Of a stretch of DNA of 64,000 nucleotides, positions 9,926 to 21,657 are shown one piece after another. The stretch spans positions 186,001-250,000 of the forward strand of contig OZ025701.1 in NCBI GenBank assembly GCA_964019335.1. Reading direction: 5' to 3'. Source of the stretch: Diplonema japonicum. Taxonomy: Eukaryota; Protista; Euglenozoa: Diplonemea. Positions within the stretch are counted from its first letter, which is position 1, and every line of letters starts with the position of its first letter. The notes below the pieces were generated by a model, which was given only the letters and a program-made list of their open reading frames with translations, made no database searches and was not told the origin of the DNA. A program made the position numbers and the translations under genes.

Positions 9926-12598
9926 TCACTCAGCTTCCCCATCGTTGATTTCATTACTCTCACCATTCACCCCTGTTGCAATGCCGTCAAAGGTAGAAAG
10001 CGACTCGTACCCATTGCTCTTTCTACATTCCTTGAACAAAGGACCGGGCCACCAGTTGTACTTTCCGATAAGACTCATCAAAGCCGGGACGAGAACAGAC
10101 CGCACAACAAAAGTATCGAAAAGAACAGAGAAAACCAAGTAAAACCCCATTTGGTTAATCGCCTCGATCGTCGAAAAAAACAGCCCGGAAAAGGCCACGG
10201 CCATGATCAACCCAGCAGCGGTGATAATATGCCCGGTGTCGCACAGACCCTTGTGAATCGCAACGAGTGTTCGCTTTGGTTCGACCTCGTCGTCGGTGAA
10301 ACCATGCTTCTCGTCTTCTTCCCGTGCTTCATCGTAATATTCCTTAATCCTGGTTAACAAGAAAATATCGTAATCCAACCCTATCCCGACAATCATGGAA
10401 AATAGCACCAAAGTGTTCGTCCATTCAACACCATCAACGCCTTTAAAAGCATCAATTCCAGTCCATCCTAAAATGTTGTGTTCGTACACTAAATCACAGA
10501 AGCCGAATGTGAACGCAACCGTCAAGAAGATGGTCCCGACAGCCCGGAGAGGGATCAGCAGAGATTTGAACACATAGGTTAAAATCACAAAGACAACGAT
10601 CCCCTCCACGATGATCATGGTCCCGAAGTATTTGAAAACTTCCCAAATGGTGTCCCAAGTGATAGGGTTGTACCCGCAATAATACACATCAGCGTTCATC
10701 GAATCCGCAAAACGCTTCGCAACATCAAGCATCGCATTCCGCATATCAGCACCATGCGGCCCCAACGGATCCGTTTCACCCGAAATTTCAAAGTAAATTG
10801 CACGCTTATTCTCCGCCGTGAAAATAGTATGTGTGTACACCAATCCAATGCAATCTATGCACAGCGACGTCAGATTTGTTTTGTTGTACGGAGGCGGGAG
10901 GATCGACGGATCAATAACCGACACGTTCTTGCAGTTCTCCGTGATTTCCACCACCTCCTGGCAGAACTCGATTTCAGGATATTCAATAATATGCCCCGCG
11001 ACGAACATTGGTCCTTGAATGTCGGTTTTTGCAACGTAAGGAACGTCCTCCGTCAATGCCAATGCGAATTTTGCAACCTGGTTGTAAAACCGAACGTCAT
11101 TGACAGTTTTGTAAGGTGCATTGTCACGGAGCGCTACTAAAGCTTGTGTTGGGTACAAAGTACCAAGGCCGAACCTTCCTGCCATATCTTCGTACGCTTT
11201 GGTTGTGTCCGCGTCTCTCGGAAGGAATAGGTTCATGGCGTCTGTGTGTTTGTTGTTGAACGCGAAGATGTCGAAGGGAATGGTCGCTGCCACAATGGCG
11301 AAAATGATGACGAGGTTGTTCGGGAAGGACATTGAGAATGTAGCCAGCCTCCACCAGATGTTTCGTTTTGCGTCTCCCGGAGCTGTTTCGGAGTCCTTTT
11401 CGTCGTCTTCCAGCGTTTTTTCATACCCGTCATCGTTGTTCCCCCAGCACTTCAACGAGAACGGCGCGGTACACTTTTCGAAAAAACCGGGGAACACAAA
11501 CAACATTGACGGTGTCACTGTAATGTTGATGAACAATGTGACGAAAATGGTGATTCCGTTAGCGATTCCGACGGATTGGATGAAGTTCATCGGGATGATC
11601 AGCAGCCCGCAGAAACATATCCCGAGCGTACCGGCTGACACGGTAATGGTCTCCCCCGCGGTGTTAATCATAGTAGAGATTACTTTATATCTCCATGATG
11701 GGAGCCCTGGGAGGGTTTCTTCCGTAGAATCCCGATCCTCCTGCGTCACCTTCAACAATTCCTCACGGTATCTCGTCAGCAGAAACAAATTGTAATCGAT
11801 ACTCATTGCTACTAAAATCGACATCATCAAACTCGGTGCTACAGAATTAACAGACATCCAGCCTGCCACAATCGACATTATACCGAACGCGGATGCAGCG
11901 GTTAAACCCATGTTCAAAAGGGGTAGAACGAGGAGACGGGGGGATTGCAAGATCCACATTAGAACAAGCATGGCTGTTGGGATGGAAATGGCGTCGACGG
12001 TCCCGAGGTTCGCCTCCGTTGATGTCACGATGGTGTTGATGAAAGATGGCAACCCGAGACAGGTCGCACGGGTTTCATTCCACCTAAATAGGTTAACAAC
12101 ATCTTGCACGTGATCGGCGCAATCTGTTGCAGCTTTCTCCGTTGACATAACAGAAATGGTGATCGCGATGAACGTCGTCAGCCCGTCTGGAGAGATGGTA
12201 CTTTCTGCTGCTGTTACCGGGTTTTTTGTCGCATTGACCAATTGATAGTAAGAAACGTACTGTGAAAGGAACTCTGGTGGGTATTTCGCCTCCATGTCGG
12301 CTCTTAGGTAGTTGTCAAACTCGTGGAAGTACGCTTTATCCGTTATGTTGACGCCGTCTGTGGACTCGAAGTACACTAAGATGTTCGTGGCTGTGCTCTG
12401 CGTCGGAAAGTACTTGGCCATCATGTCTACTGCGTTAGCGCTGTCCGTTCCCGGGAGGGGGTTGAAGGCCTGGCTGCACTTCTCGATGAAACTGGTTGCA
12501 AACACCGCGAAACACCCCGCCGCCACCATCCACAGCCCCAACACTACATATTTGTACCTGTAGATGTTCTTCGTGTATTTTTCGGAGAACCTTTCCAT
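9926..12598 (-). CDS. MMPL/RND-superfamily membrane transporter (MmpL/YdfJ-like), 890 aa
   Basis: Two-repeat multi-pass layout with motifs AMSIDYNLFLLTRYREE...AGETITVSAGT and GIGLDYDIFLLTRIKE...TGHIITAAGLIMAVAFSGL...DTFVVRSVLVPALMSLIGKYNWWP. Confidence 0.9.
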   Translation of the reverse strand: MERFSEKYTKNIYRYKYVVLGLWMVAAGCFAVFATSFIEKCSQAFNPLPGTDSANAVDMMAKYFPTQSTATNILVYFESTDGVNITDKAYFHEFDNYLRADMEAKYPPEFLSQYVSYYQLVNATKNPVTAAESTISPDGLTTFIAITISVMSTEKAATDCADHVQDVVNLFRWNETRATCLGLPSFINTIVTSTEANLGTVDAISIPTAMLVLMWILQSPRLLVLPLLNMGLTAASAFGIMSIVAGWMSVNSVAPSLMMSILVAMSIDYNLFLLTRYREELLKVTQEDRDSTEETLPGLPSWRYKVISTMINTAGETITVSAGTLGICFCGLLIIPMNFIQSVGIANGITIFVTLFINITVTPSMLFVFPGFFEKCTAPFSLKCWGNNDDGYEKTLEDDEKDSETAPGDAKRNIWWRLATFSMSFPNNLVIIFAIVAATIPFDIFAFNNKHTDAMNLFLPRDADTTKAYEDMAGRFGLGTLYPTQALVALRDNAPYKTVNDVRFYNQVAKFALALTEDVPYVAKTDIQGPMFVAGHIIEYPEIEFCQEVVEITENCKNVSVIDPSILPPPYNKTNLTSLCIDCIGLVYTHTIFTAENKRAIYFEISGETDPLGPHGADMRNAMLDVAKRFADSMNADVYYCGYNPITWDTIWEVFKYFGTMIIVEGIVVFVILTYVFKSLLIPLRAVGTIFLTVAFTFGFCDLVYEHNILGWTGIDAFKGVDGVEWTNTLVLFSMIVGIGLDYDIFLLTRIKEYYDEAREEDEKHGFTDDEVEPKRTLVAIHKGLCDTGHIITAAGLIMAVAFSGLFFSTIEAINQMGFYLVFSVLFDTFVVRSVLVPALMSLIGKYNWWPGPLFKECRKSNGYESLSTFDGIATGVNGESNEINDGEAE

Positions 12599-12757
12599 TT
12601 TTTTTTCCCCCCCCTTCCTCTTTTTTTCTTTTTTCTTTCTTTCTTTTTTGTGACCCTGTATGTGTTGAGAAAAGTTGAAAGAGGGGGGGGGGGGGGGGGG
12701 AAGGGGTGAGGGAAAAACATAAAAACCTACAACAAGTTCATATACTGGTAATATAAT

Positions 12758-12790
<33 letters not shown>

Positions 12791-12812
12791 GAAACGGGGG
12801 TGGGGGGGAAAT

Positions 12813-13961
12813 CTAATTTTGTTTCAACGTACCCTTTGCTTCCTCGCGCTGCTTCACCCGTCTGCAGACGTAGCTCTGCTCTGCAGGGTCACGCGGGGGA
12901 AGCACCGCCTTGTACTGCTTAATCAAGGAACTCACATCGATGTCCTCGGGCGGCCCATCAGGCAACGCAACAGACGGCAACACAGGAGGAGCCGACAAGG
13001 CAATTGCTGATGCAGTAGCAGGGTCAAGGTTTGACCGAGGCGTGAGGTTCTGCTGTACATGGGAAGGCGTGGCAGGGCCAGGGCGGGGGGCAGGGGTGGA
13101 CTCTTGCACGGGCTTCTTTGAAACGGTGGGCTCAAGGTTCTCTTCCAAATCTGCCGATGCCGACTGAAGCTCCCGAAGCTGACGTCGAAGCGCAGCATTC
13201 TTCACAGCAGCAGAAGTCATATTACCATTACCATAACCATGACCATAACCATGACCATAACCATCAGGACGTGGCTGGCCATTGTACTCCTCCGTCGCTC
13301 GCAAGAACTCCGTGAACAAACCAGCTCCCGAATCATGAACCTCATTCTTCTTAAAGGCGTCTGGATAGGACTGCACCTTGTACTGTGTGTCGAGAAGCGA
13401 CCGTTCAGGTGAAGAGAAGTCGGGCGGTGCGTACATTACATCAGATGAGTTCTGTGTCGAGTCCTCTAGCTGGGAAAGGATCGAGATGGCGGCGGAGAGT
13501 GACGTGGTGTGCTTGGACAGGTACCCTGCAGAGTTCCCGGGAAGGGTTGTTGTTGTTGTTGTTGTGGTTGCGGTGGTGGTTCGATGGGGTGATGGGAAGG
13601 CGGGTTCTCGCTCAGTGTCCGCGATCGAATCGGGGAACGCTATGGACCTGCTGTTGCACCGCTTGAACAGGCATTTCAGAAAGCAGCGGCGTTGGCTCGC
13701 TGCACGTACTACTAGCCGCAGAGGCGGTGCGTCCCTCGTCCCGAACAGAAGCACCTCGCCCCTCTCCTCTACACTCATTAGCTTCTCGAGTACAACCTCG
13801 GCCACGGTTTCCTGACCTTCCACCTTAACAAAGTACACGGCACCGAGTCCAACTTGCACTGCAACCTTAACGCTTGTCCCCGCTTTTGTGACATGTATGT
13901 CGCCCTCGAAGTACAGGGCAGTCACCTCTGACAGGTCGTCCCCTGTGAACGTTACCTTCAT
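12813..13961 (-). CDS. Hypothetical protein (382 aa): possible PH-like N-terminus, low-complexity/coiled-coil C-terminus
   Basis: Long ORF with coding-like composition. ATG at 13961 follows an A-rich tract. Contains a poly-Thr run and GYGH repeats. Confidence 0.75.
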   Translation of the reverse strand: MKVTFTGDDLSEVTALYFEGDIHVTKAGTSVKVAVQVGLGAVYFVKVEGQETVAEVVLEKLMSVEERGEVLLFGTRDAPPLRLVVRAASQRRCFLKCLFKRCNSRSIAFPDSIADTEREPAFPSPHRTTTATTTTTTTTLPGNSAGYLSKHTTSLSAAISILSQLEDSTQNSSDVMYAPPDFSSPERSLLDTQYKVQSYPDAFKKNEVHDSGAGLFTEFLRATEEYNGQPRPDGYGHGYGHGYGNGNMTSAAVKNAALRRQLRELQSASADLEENLEPTVSKKPVQESTPAPRPGPATPSHVQQNLTPRSNLDPATASAIALSAPPVLPSVALPDGPPEDIDVSSLIKQYKAVLPPRDPAEQSYVCRRVKQREEAKGTLKQN

Positions 13962-14120
13962 TTTTCTTCTTTTTTTTAACACCCCTTCGATAATTTTCCA
14001 GTGGGGTACGAAGAAAAAAAAGAGAAAAAAAAAAAGAATCTTTTATATAACACACAAAAAAAAACTCTATATTTTTTATATACTTTTTTTTTTCTTCTTT
14101 CTTTCTTTCTTCTCTCCGTT

Positions 14121-15014
14121 CTACCTTTTCCTGTACAGTCTGTCGTATACCGAAGACGTGGAGGGGGAGCGGGAGGGTCGTGCGACGTTACGTGTGATCT
14201 CGTCGACCAAAGGGTTGATGACGGTGTTGGGAAGGCGGTGCGTGGAGGCGAACTGCGTGGCAACAGTGTGAAAATCGTCTCCTTCACGTACTGTGAGCAC
14301 CTCTTCAGAGGTGGGCCCGAGGGCTACGGTCATCACAAGGATGATATCGCCACGGTCTGCTGAACCGTGTGCCGGGTGGGAAGCTCGCACCTTCTCCGTG
14401 GCTAGCTCAAAGGCACGCCGCTTCCTCACCAACCTCTCCCTTTCAGCGTCAACTATAAACTTTTTATCGGATTCGTATTTCTCTTGTTCTAGCCATCTTG
14501 CTGCTTCAGCTTCTTTGTTGAACATTCGCCTGGCCTTGCGCATCATTTTCTCCGCTTGGTTCCCCAGCCTTTCCCTCTCGTCACCTACTATTTTTTCCTC
14601 CACGTTTACTAGTTTCAGTCTCTCTTCCAGCTCCACTATGCGCATGCCTTCGTTCAGCCTTAGCTGGTTGTACATTTTAGCTTGTCTGAAGTCCTCTGCT
14701 GCTTCAGCAAGCATTTTATCATCAAGCTTGACGGATTCGTATTTATCGCCCAATGCTAGACTCCTTACTTTTTCCTTATTTGACACTAGTCTGTTGATGA
14801 TGGAAGCAGCTTCTTCCGCGTAGGGGAGGCCGTGTGAATAGCCATCTGTGTCTGCTGGTGGTGGGCCTGTGGTGGATCCTGGTGCCGAAACACGGCTGCT
14901 TTTTCGGCTAACAGGAACGCTGCCTCCTGGTAACGACCCTGGGACAGAGGGTGGGTTTGGTGGTAGGGGTTCAGATTCGTTCCCATCGTCTTTAATACTG
15001 CTTGCTTGGCTCAT
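14121..15014 (-). CDS. Coiled-coil protein (297 aa) with a small compact C-terminal domain
   Basis: Pro/Ser-rich N-terminus, charged heptad middle, C-terminal ILVMTVALG...LTVREGDD...ATQFASTHRL segment. Confidence 0.8.
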   Translation of the reverse strand: MSQASSIKDDGNESEPLPPNPPSVPGSLPGGSVPVSRKSSRVSAPGSTTGPPPADTDGYSHGLPYAEEAASIINRLVSNKEKVRSLALGDKYESVKLDDKMLAEAAEDFRQAKMYNQLRLNEGMRIVELEERLKLVNVEEKIVGDERERLGNQAEKMMRKARRMFNKEAEAARWLEQEKYESDKKFIVDAERERLVRKRRAFELATEKVRASHPAHGSADRGDIILVMTVALGPTSEEVLTVREGDDFHTVATQFASTHRLPNTVINPLVDEITRNVARPSRSPSTSSVYDRLYRKR

Positions 15015-16962
15015 TTTCTTTTTTTTTTTTTTTTTAAAAAGTTTCTTTTTTTTTTTTGTTTAGATGGGTGGGTGGGATACGGAAAAGAAAAAAAAAAAAA
15101 GAAAAAAAACATGGAGGTATATCAGAAAAAAAAAACTTTTTACCTCCCCCTTCGTTCTCTCTCAATTTTTTTTTTTTTTAAAGCGTTCTTTTTTTTTTTG
15201 TTTTCCGATCTTTTTCTGATAAAGAAAGAAGAAAAAAAGGGGGGGGGGGAAAGGAAAAAAAAACAAAAAGAGGGAGAGGGGGAATGGGGGTGGGGGCAAA
15301 GGCAATTAAGGAGAGGAACTTAATTTCATATTTTTCTTCACATAAATACCTTTCCCCCTCCCTCTTTTCCCCTAATCCCTTTATTTCCCCCCTTTTTTTT
15401 TTCTTCTCTTTCTTTTATGGTCGCCCGGTGGTTGAAAAAAAAAAGAAGGGAAAAAAAGAGAAAAAAAAAAGAGAGAGAAAAGAAGGAACGAAGAGAGAAA
15501 GAAAAAAAAAAAGGAAAAAAGAACAAGAGAATAAAACAGATAGGAGGGAGGTAGGAAAATACATTTCTTTTTTTCTTTTGTTTTATCAATTATTTTTCCA
15601 CTGCCAGAAAACACGACCTTTCCATTAAGAATCAATGACCTTCGGGGGACTGCCTTCCAAGTTCTTTTTCAATAATCTTGAAAAAATAAAGAGAGGGGGT
15701 TTTTCAGAACGACAGGAGCCCAATAGTACTTTTGGGTTCTAGAACAAAGGGGTATTTTTTCTTCTTTTTTATTTATTATTTTTTTTTTTTTTTGCTTCTT
15801 CTTTCGTTATTTCTTCTTCTTTATTTCTTTCTTTTACATTTCTTTATTCACCCCTTCCCTCTTTTAGCCCCCCTTCGGGGGAAAAATAAAAGGGAGAGAG
15901 GAACGAAGGAAAAAAAAAGGGGGGGGAACAAAATCCCCCATCCCCCCTTTTTTTATTTTAGACAGAAAGTAGTCAAACAAAAAAAAAAGCATAAATGTTC
16001 TACTTATTTCTTTTCTTTCTATTCGCATATTTATGTGTTTCCCACTGCTCTGCCATCCTTAAGGTTGTTCGTTTTGGGCTACATACTAGAGACAGCCCTC
16101 TAGGGACGGTAAAAGAAAGAAAACTAAATGACAACGAAAGGCTTTAAAAAAAAAAAAAAAAAAAAAAAGAAACAGCGGGGGGAAGGGTGAAACAGATGAG
16201 AAATTTATGGGAGTTTAAAAAAAGACCAAAAAAAAAAAAAACCAAAACGAGCTGTGTGAAGAAAAAAGAAAAAAAAGTACTACTAAAAAAAAAAAAAAGA
16301 AAAAAAAAAAAAGTTATTTTTTCTTCCATTTTGGCGAAATGAGATAAAGAAAAAAGAAAAAAAAAAAAGAAAAAAACATGGAGGAACAATGAAAGGAATG
16401 AAAAGCTGTTTAATGCTTTAACTGCAAAAACGGCAAAAAAATCTTTTTTTATATGTCAGGCATGTTTGTAAGCACAAATGGGGGGACTTTTTAGGATCTG
16501 CAATTCTAATGCCCACCAAGAAAAAATACCCCCTTAACACCCAGCAGTATCGTGCCAGCGACATTTCTTTTTTTAATATCAAAAGTAATCACTCGGAAAT
16601 ACGAAAAGAAAGAGGGGGGGGGGGGGGGAAGAAAATAAAGGTAACTGATGGCAATCTCTTTTTTTAAAAAAAAAACTTTTTTTGAACCCTCTAAAAAACT
16701 CCTCTCCCTTTTTTTCTCTTTTTTTTTTTTGCCGGTGTAGGTTTCCTACAAGGGGTGCCTTACGTGATTTGGAATGGAGGTCAAAAAAAAATAAGCAACT
16801 TAAAAAAAAAAAAAAAGGGGGAAAAAAATGTTGGGAGGAGGAGCAAAGGATAAGGGGGGGGGGACTGCAGTTTTTTTTTTTGAAAACCGAACAAAACCAG
16901 TATTCTTGTAAAAAGAAAGGGGGGACTATCGTGGTCAATAAGAAAATTAAATTCCTTGTCGT

Positions 16963-16999
<37 letters not shown>

Positions 17000-17008
17000 A
17001 TCAACATG

Positions 17009-17045
<37 letters not shown>

Positions 17046-17107
17046 GGTATTCGGCATGTATTCACTGAACTTTCTTGTTTGTTCCCGCAACAGAAAAAAG
17101 GGGGGAG

Positions 17108-17326
17108 ATTTCTAAATAAAGGAGGGGGGAGGAGGGGTCAAAATTGTGCCCTGGTAGCTCTTGATGCCTCCCAAAGTCCAGAGGGTTTCCGAGGCTGTTT
17201 TTGCCACCATATCACATGGGAAAGTGGTATGAAAAGGTGAAACACACTTTTCTCTCTCTCGTTTCTGTTAGTCATCCACCGTTGTTGTAGTAAGAAGCAC
17301 AATTTTGACCCCTCCTATTTAGAAAT
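17108..17326. mobile_element. MITE-like element with terminal inverted repeats
   Basis: ggaggggtcaaaattgtgc (17131-17149) is the exact reverse complement of gcacaattttgacccctcc (17297-17315). atttctaaata (17108-17118) pairs with tatttagaaat (17316-17326). The interior is non-coding. Confidence 0.6.
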
Positions 17327-18172
17327 TAGCCCGTTAGCCCCTATGTATATCATCAACAAAATTGCGAGCAAAAAAGAAAGTGCGGCTTTTTTTTTTTTTT
17401 TTTTTTTTGTGTATATTTTTCTTTTTTTTTTTTTGTTTTGTTTTGTTTTGTTTATTTGGTTTTGTTATTGGTTTGCGTGTTTGTTCGTATTATTCTTTTA
17501 AATTTTATCTTATTGTTTTTTTTTTTTTCTTTTTTTTTCAACTGCTCTAAAAAAAAAAAAAAAAAAAAAAAAAACCCTCTTTCCCTCGGAGAAAACCAAA
17601 AATCTTCTTCTGACGCAGAGGAAAAGGGGAAAGAATTAACACCATATTGGCGCGTTCCTAGAAAGAGGGGGGAAGGGGGGGTTCTTTTTTTAATCTTCTT
17701 TGTCTCCTCCTAAAAATATTTTCAAAAGGAGACAGGAAAAAAAAAGGGGGGGGGGAAATAAATACTGTAAACGAAAAAATCCGAAAGAGAAAAATATCCA
17801 GGCTTTTTTTTTCTCCCCCCGTGGGGTTTGTCACTCCGGCATTTTTCTCTTCCAGTACTTTTTTCTCTCCGGAATTTTTCCGCTTTACAGTAAAAAAAAA
17901 AAAAAAAAACACAAGGATAACCCCTGATTTGAAATACCCCCCCCCTTTTTTTTCCCCTCTACTTACCTACCTCCTTTCTAAGGTGCTTGGGAGAAAAAAA
18001 AGGGGGGGAGGGGGGGAGGGATGAAACAGTTGCCAAGAAAAAAAAGTTTGGGTGGAGGGGGGTTTTAATGTATTTGAGCGATTGAGAAGAAAAGGGGGAG
18101 GGGAGGGAGAAGGGGAAAAAAAAAAAAAATAACTGTCATCTATCACTGGTGCCGCATAAGAATCTAATGATA

Positions 18173-18235
<63 letters not shown>

Positions 18236-18504
18236 AAAATAACAATAAATTGACGCGCAGACCAGGATCGACAATTGAGGATAGTTAGTTCAAATTCAGC
18301 ATTCCTGCCTTGTGCTTCTTGTCTTAGAATACCGGTTGTTCTCCTTTTTTTTTTTTTTTTTTTTCCCTCGCCTTTTGTGTCGAATACAAAAAAAGGTTCT
18401 AGAGCTCTCAATATCAAGAAAAAACAGGAAGAAGAGAAAGGACCTTTTCTTGGCACAGAATAGCGAGAGAGACAAAAAAAAAAAAAAAAAAAAACACAAG
18501 ATTT

Positions 18505-18550
<46 letters not shown>

Positions 18551-18780
18551 GTGCTGGTGTTGAAAACTACGGAGAGGGGAAAGGCAGGAGAGGAAAAATA
18601 CGATGGGTGGAATATGTTAGAAGTGGTCCATCAGAAGAAGGAGGGGAGAAAAAAAGAAAAAAAAGAGAACAAGGGAACATTTTTTTCCCCCAATAAGAGA
18701 TAATTTGTAATAGGAAATCTCTCAACTGTCTTTCTTGATAATTGCAAAAAAAAGACCAAGTTTAGAAGATCATAAGAGGG

Positions 18781-18823
<43 letters not shown>

Positions 18824-19663
18824 AAGACTATTATTTTACTTTTCAAGTTTTATTAAGTTTTTTAGTGGTAACTAGTTGCTGCATGTTTTTCACTTTTGAA
18901 AAAAAAAGTTTTTTTTTTCTTCTTCTTTTCCTTAACAACTACCGCGTAATCGACCAATGTGCCACAGATTGACTAGAAATGGTAAAAGAGTGTTTTTTTT
19001 TTTTTTTTTCTAAAAAAAAGGAAAGAAAAATAGCAAGAGTAAGCAGGCTCAAAAAAAAAATATATATATAGTGCCGCACCTATACTAATTTCAAAGAGTG
19101 GCGACAATGGGGGAAGAAACATATAAAAAAAAAGAGGGGGAAAAAAAGAGGGGTATTTTTATATGTATCCCTCCTTTCTTTTTCTTTTCTTTTCCCCTCT
19201 CTTTTTCTTTCTTTTTTTTTTTTCTTCTTCTCTCCCTCTTCTTATCTCTTTGAATCTTTTTCTTACTTTTTTATTTTTATCACACACTTTTATTTTCCGT
19301 TCAATTTTTGCAATAAATTTCTTATGCGACAGATGGGGCGAAGGGGGTTTACGATGACGTAGATTTTAAGTGGACTTTTTTTTACTGGGTCAAAAAAAAA
19401 ACTTTTCAAAAAAAAAAAAAATCAAACGAGTTTCAAAAGAATTCGCTTAATTCGTCTCGGGGAAACGTGGGAGAGGAGCAAACATGAAATAGATTCTTTT
19501 TGTGGGAGCGAGAATTTCTTTTCTTTTCTCTTCTTCTCCTTTTTTTTTTTTTTTTTTTCTCCCTTTTCTGGATAAAAAAAAAAAAGAAGAAAAGAAATCA
19601 CGCTCTGTTGAACTGGATTTAAAAAAAAAAAAAAAAGGACAGAAACAAAAATTAGAAAACAGA

Positions 19664-19698
<35 letters not shown>

Positions 19699-19762
19699 GC
19701 TCAAAAAAGTTCTAGTAGTGATTAAAAAAAAAAAAAGCTTTTGTTTAGAAGGCGTTACAAGA

Positions 19763-19797
<35 letters not shown>

Positions 19798-19891
19798 ATT
19801 CCAGGCGTTATTCCCTCAAAAAGGGAAAACATCTACAGATGAAAGAATTATGAGGGGGGAAATGATGCGGGGGAGGGGGGAGAGAGGGGAA

Positions 19892-20371
19892 TCAGCATAT
19901 GACGCAGCACTGCCCTTCGAGGTCCTTGTTCTTACCCTTTCTACCATTTTTTTTCAATGTTGGAGAAGGGAGTTCGTATTTGGCTGCGGTGGCAGAGTTG
20001 GCACGAAGCACACTCTGATGAATTGACCCCCTCCTGCCCTTGTTGGGCCAAGCACCTGGGTAAATCAGCGCCTGGGCAGCCAAGTGATCACGAATGGCCT
20101 TCTCAGAAATCATCAAAATCTGGATTTCCTGCTCGAATTTCTCAACCTGTGCCTTCATGGCCTGTAGCACCGTGTGGTCCGTGGCAATGCTCATCTTCCG
20201 CCTCGCGGCGAACTCCTTTCTTTTCGGCGATCTCTTCCCGCTGCTAGAGCTGGAAGTGGAACCAAGGTCGTCCCCAGTAAAGCACGCCACCGGCCGTCTG
20301 AACATAGGTTCATCTTCGCTGTACCCGATGCTGGACATCGATCGGGGCGAGATGGAGTCTGAGTGGCTCAT
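19892..20371 (-). CDS. Small coiled-coil protein with polybasic tail and CaaX box (159 aa)
   Basis: Ends KKNGRKGKNKDLEGQCCVIC. The ATG directly follows a poly(A) run. Confidence 0.8.
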   Translation of the reverse strand: MSHSDSISPRSMSSIGYSEDEPMFRRPVACFTGDDLGSTSSSSSGKRSPKRKEFAARRKMSIATDHTVLQAMKAQVEKFEQEIQILMISEKAIRDHLAAQALIYPGAWPNKGRRGSIHQSVLRANSATAAKYELPSPTLKKNGRKGKNKDLEGQCCVIC

Positions 20372-20433
20372 TTTTTTTTTTTTTTTTTTTTTCCTTTTTT
20401 TTTTTTTCCATTAAAGCGTGCGTAAAATCGTGG

Positions 20434-20521
<88 letters not shown>

Positions 20522-21618
20522 AAAAGAGTTGTCTGATATTTGTTTGTGCAAGCCTTTCCCCTTAACGGACAAGCTGCCTGTACTCAGGTGTGCCAAAGTA
20601 CAAAAAGAGAAAGAAAAAAAAAAGAAAGAATCCGGGGGGATATAATAAGTCGTGCCTGTGAATAAAAAAATGGAAGGGAAAAAAAAAAAAACAGAGAAAT
20701 GGAACACTTCAAAAAAAGAAAACTACTTTCCCCCCCTACCCAAAGAAGCACTCCACCCAAGGGGGGGGGGGGGGAAAGAAGAGTGAGAAAAAAAAGGTTT
20801 TTTTTTAAATATAATAACAGTAATAACGAAAGAAGAAAGTGGAGTGGGGGGGGGGGGGGGAGAAGTGGTAAAGAAAAAAGGGAGATAGAGAAGTGGAAAA
20901 AAAAATGGGGGGAAGGGGTGGTGAGTAAGAGGCTGCTCGACCTAAAGTGCTGATGAAAAAAAAAAATAATAATAATAAGAGAAAGCGTCCGCCCATCGAC
21001 GTAGTAGGAAGGATTACTTTGTTTCCCTTTCATTTTTTTTTTTTTTTTTTTTTTTTTTTCCCCGAACACGCGGCTCGCTTCCAGTAGAGAAGCCTATTCC
21101 GTATGAAACAACTTTTTTTTTTTTTTAAAAAGATTTTTATGCGTGGCTGTTTTCTTTTTTTTTCTTCTTTTTTTTTTTTAAAAATAATTATTCTTTCTTC
21201 TTATTCCACTCTTCTTCTCATTCTCTTTTCTTCTACCAAAAATGAAGGACAAATGACGAAATACTGATTTCCAATAAGGTAAAGCTCCCCCCCCCCCCCC
21301 CCCTCACTCACATCTCGGATGGAAATACCGATTTTATTTTGTAGGGCGATCTCACTTGTGTACCCCTTTCCCCTCTGGGATTCTTAAAATAAGTAAAAAA
21401 AAGATTGTATGTAGCTCTTACCCCCCCTCCCTACCTTCTCACACCCGTTCAAACCAAGAGTCCACTACCTCCACTTCATTGAGATTTCCCCCAACAGCTA
21501 GGATATCAACGTCGAGACCATTGTCGGCCACAGGAAGGGGCTTCTCGGGAGGGGCTAAGGAAGGGGGAAGCCCCGCTGCGGGTTGAAGAGCAGGGCTTTC
21601 TTGAATTTCAGTTTGCTG

Positions 21619-21649
<31 letters not shown>

Positions 21650-21657
21650 TTATTCCC

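Noticed and set aside
13962-14123. Intron fusing the 14121 and 12813 ORFs (AG|GTAG at the stop)
   Set aside because: The donor lacks the +4 T seen in all supported introns, and the downstream ORF has its own A-rich-leader ATG; not excluded without RNA data.
21490-21560. Plus-strand DINVETIVGHRKG as a chromodomain relic
   Set aside because: Too short and followed by a stop; no supporting retroelement sequence.
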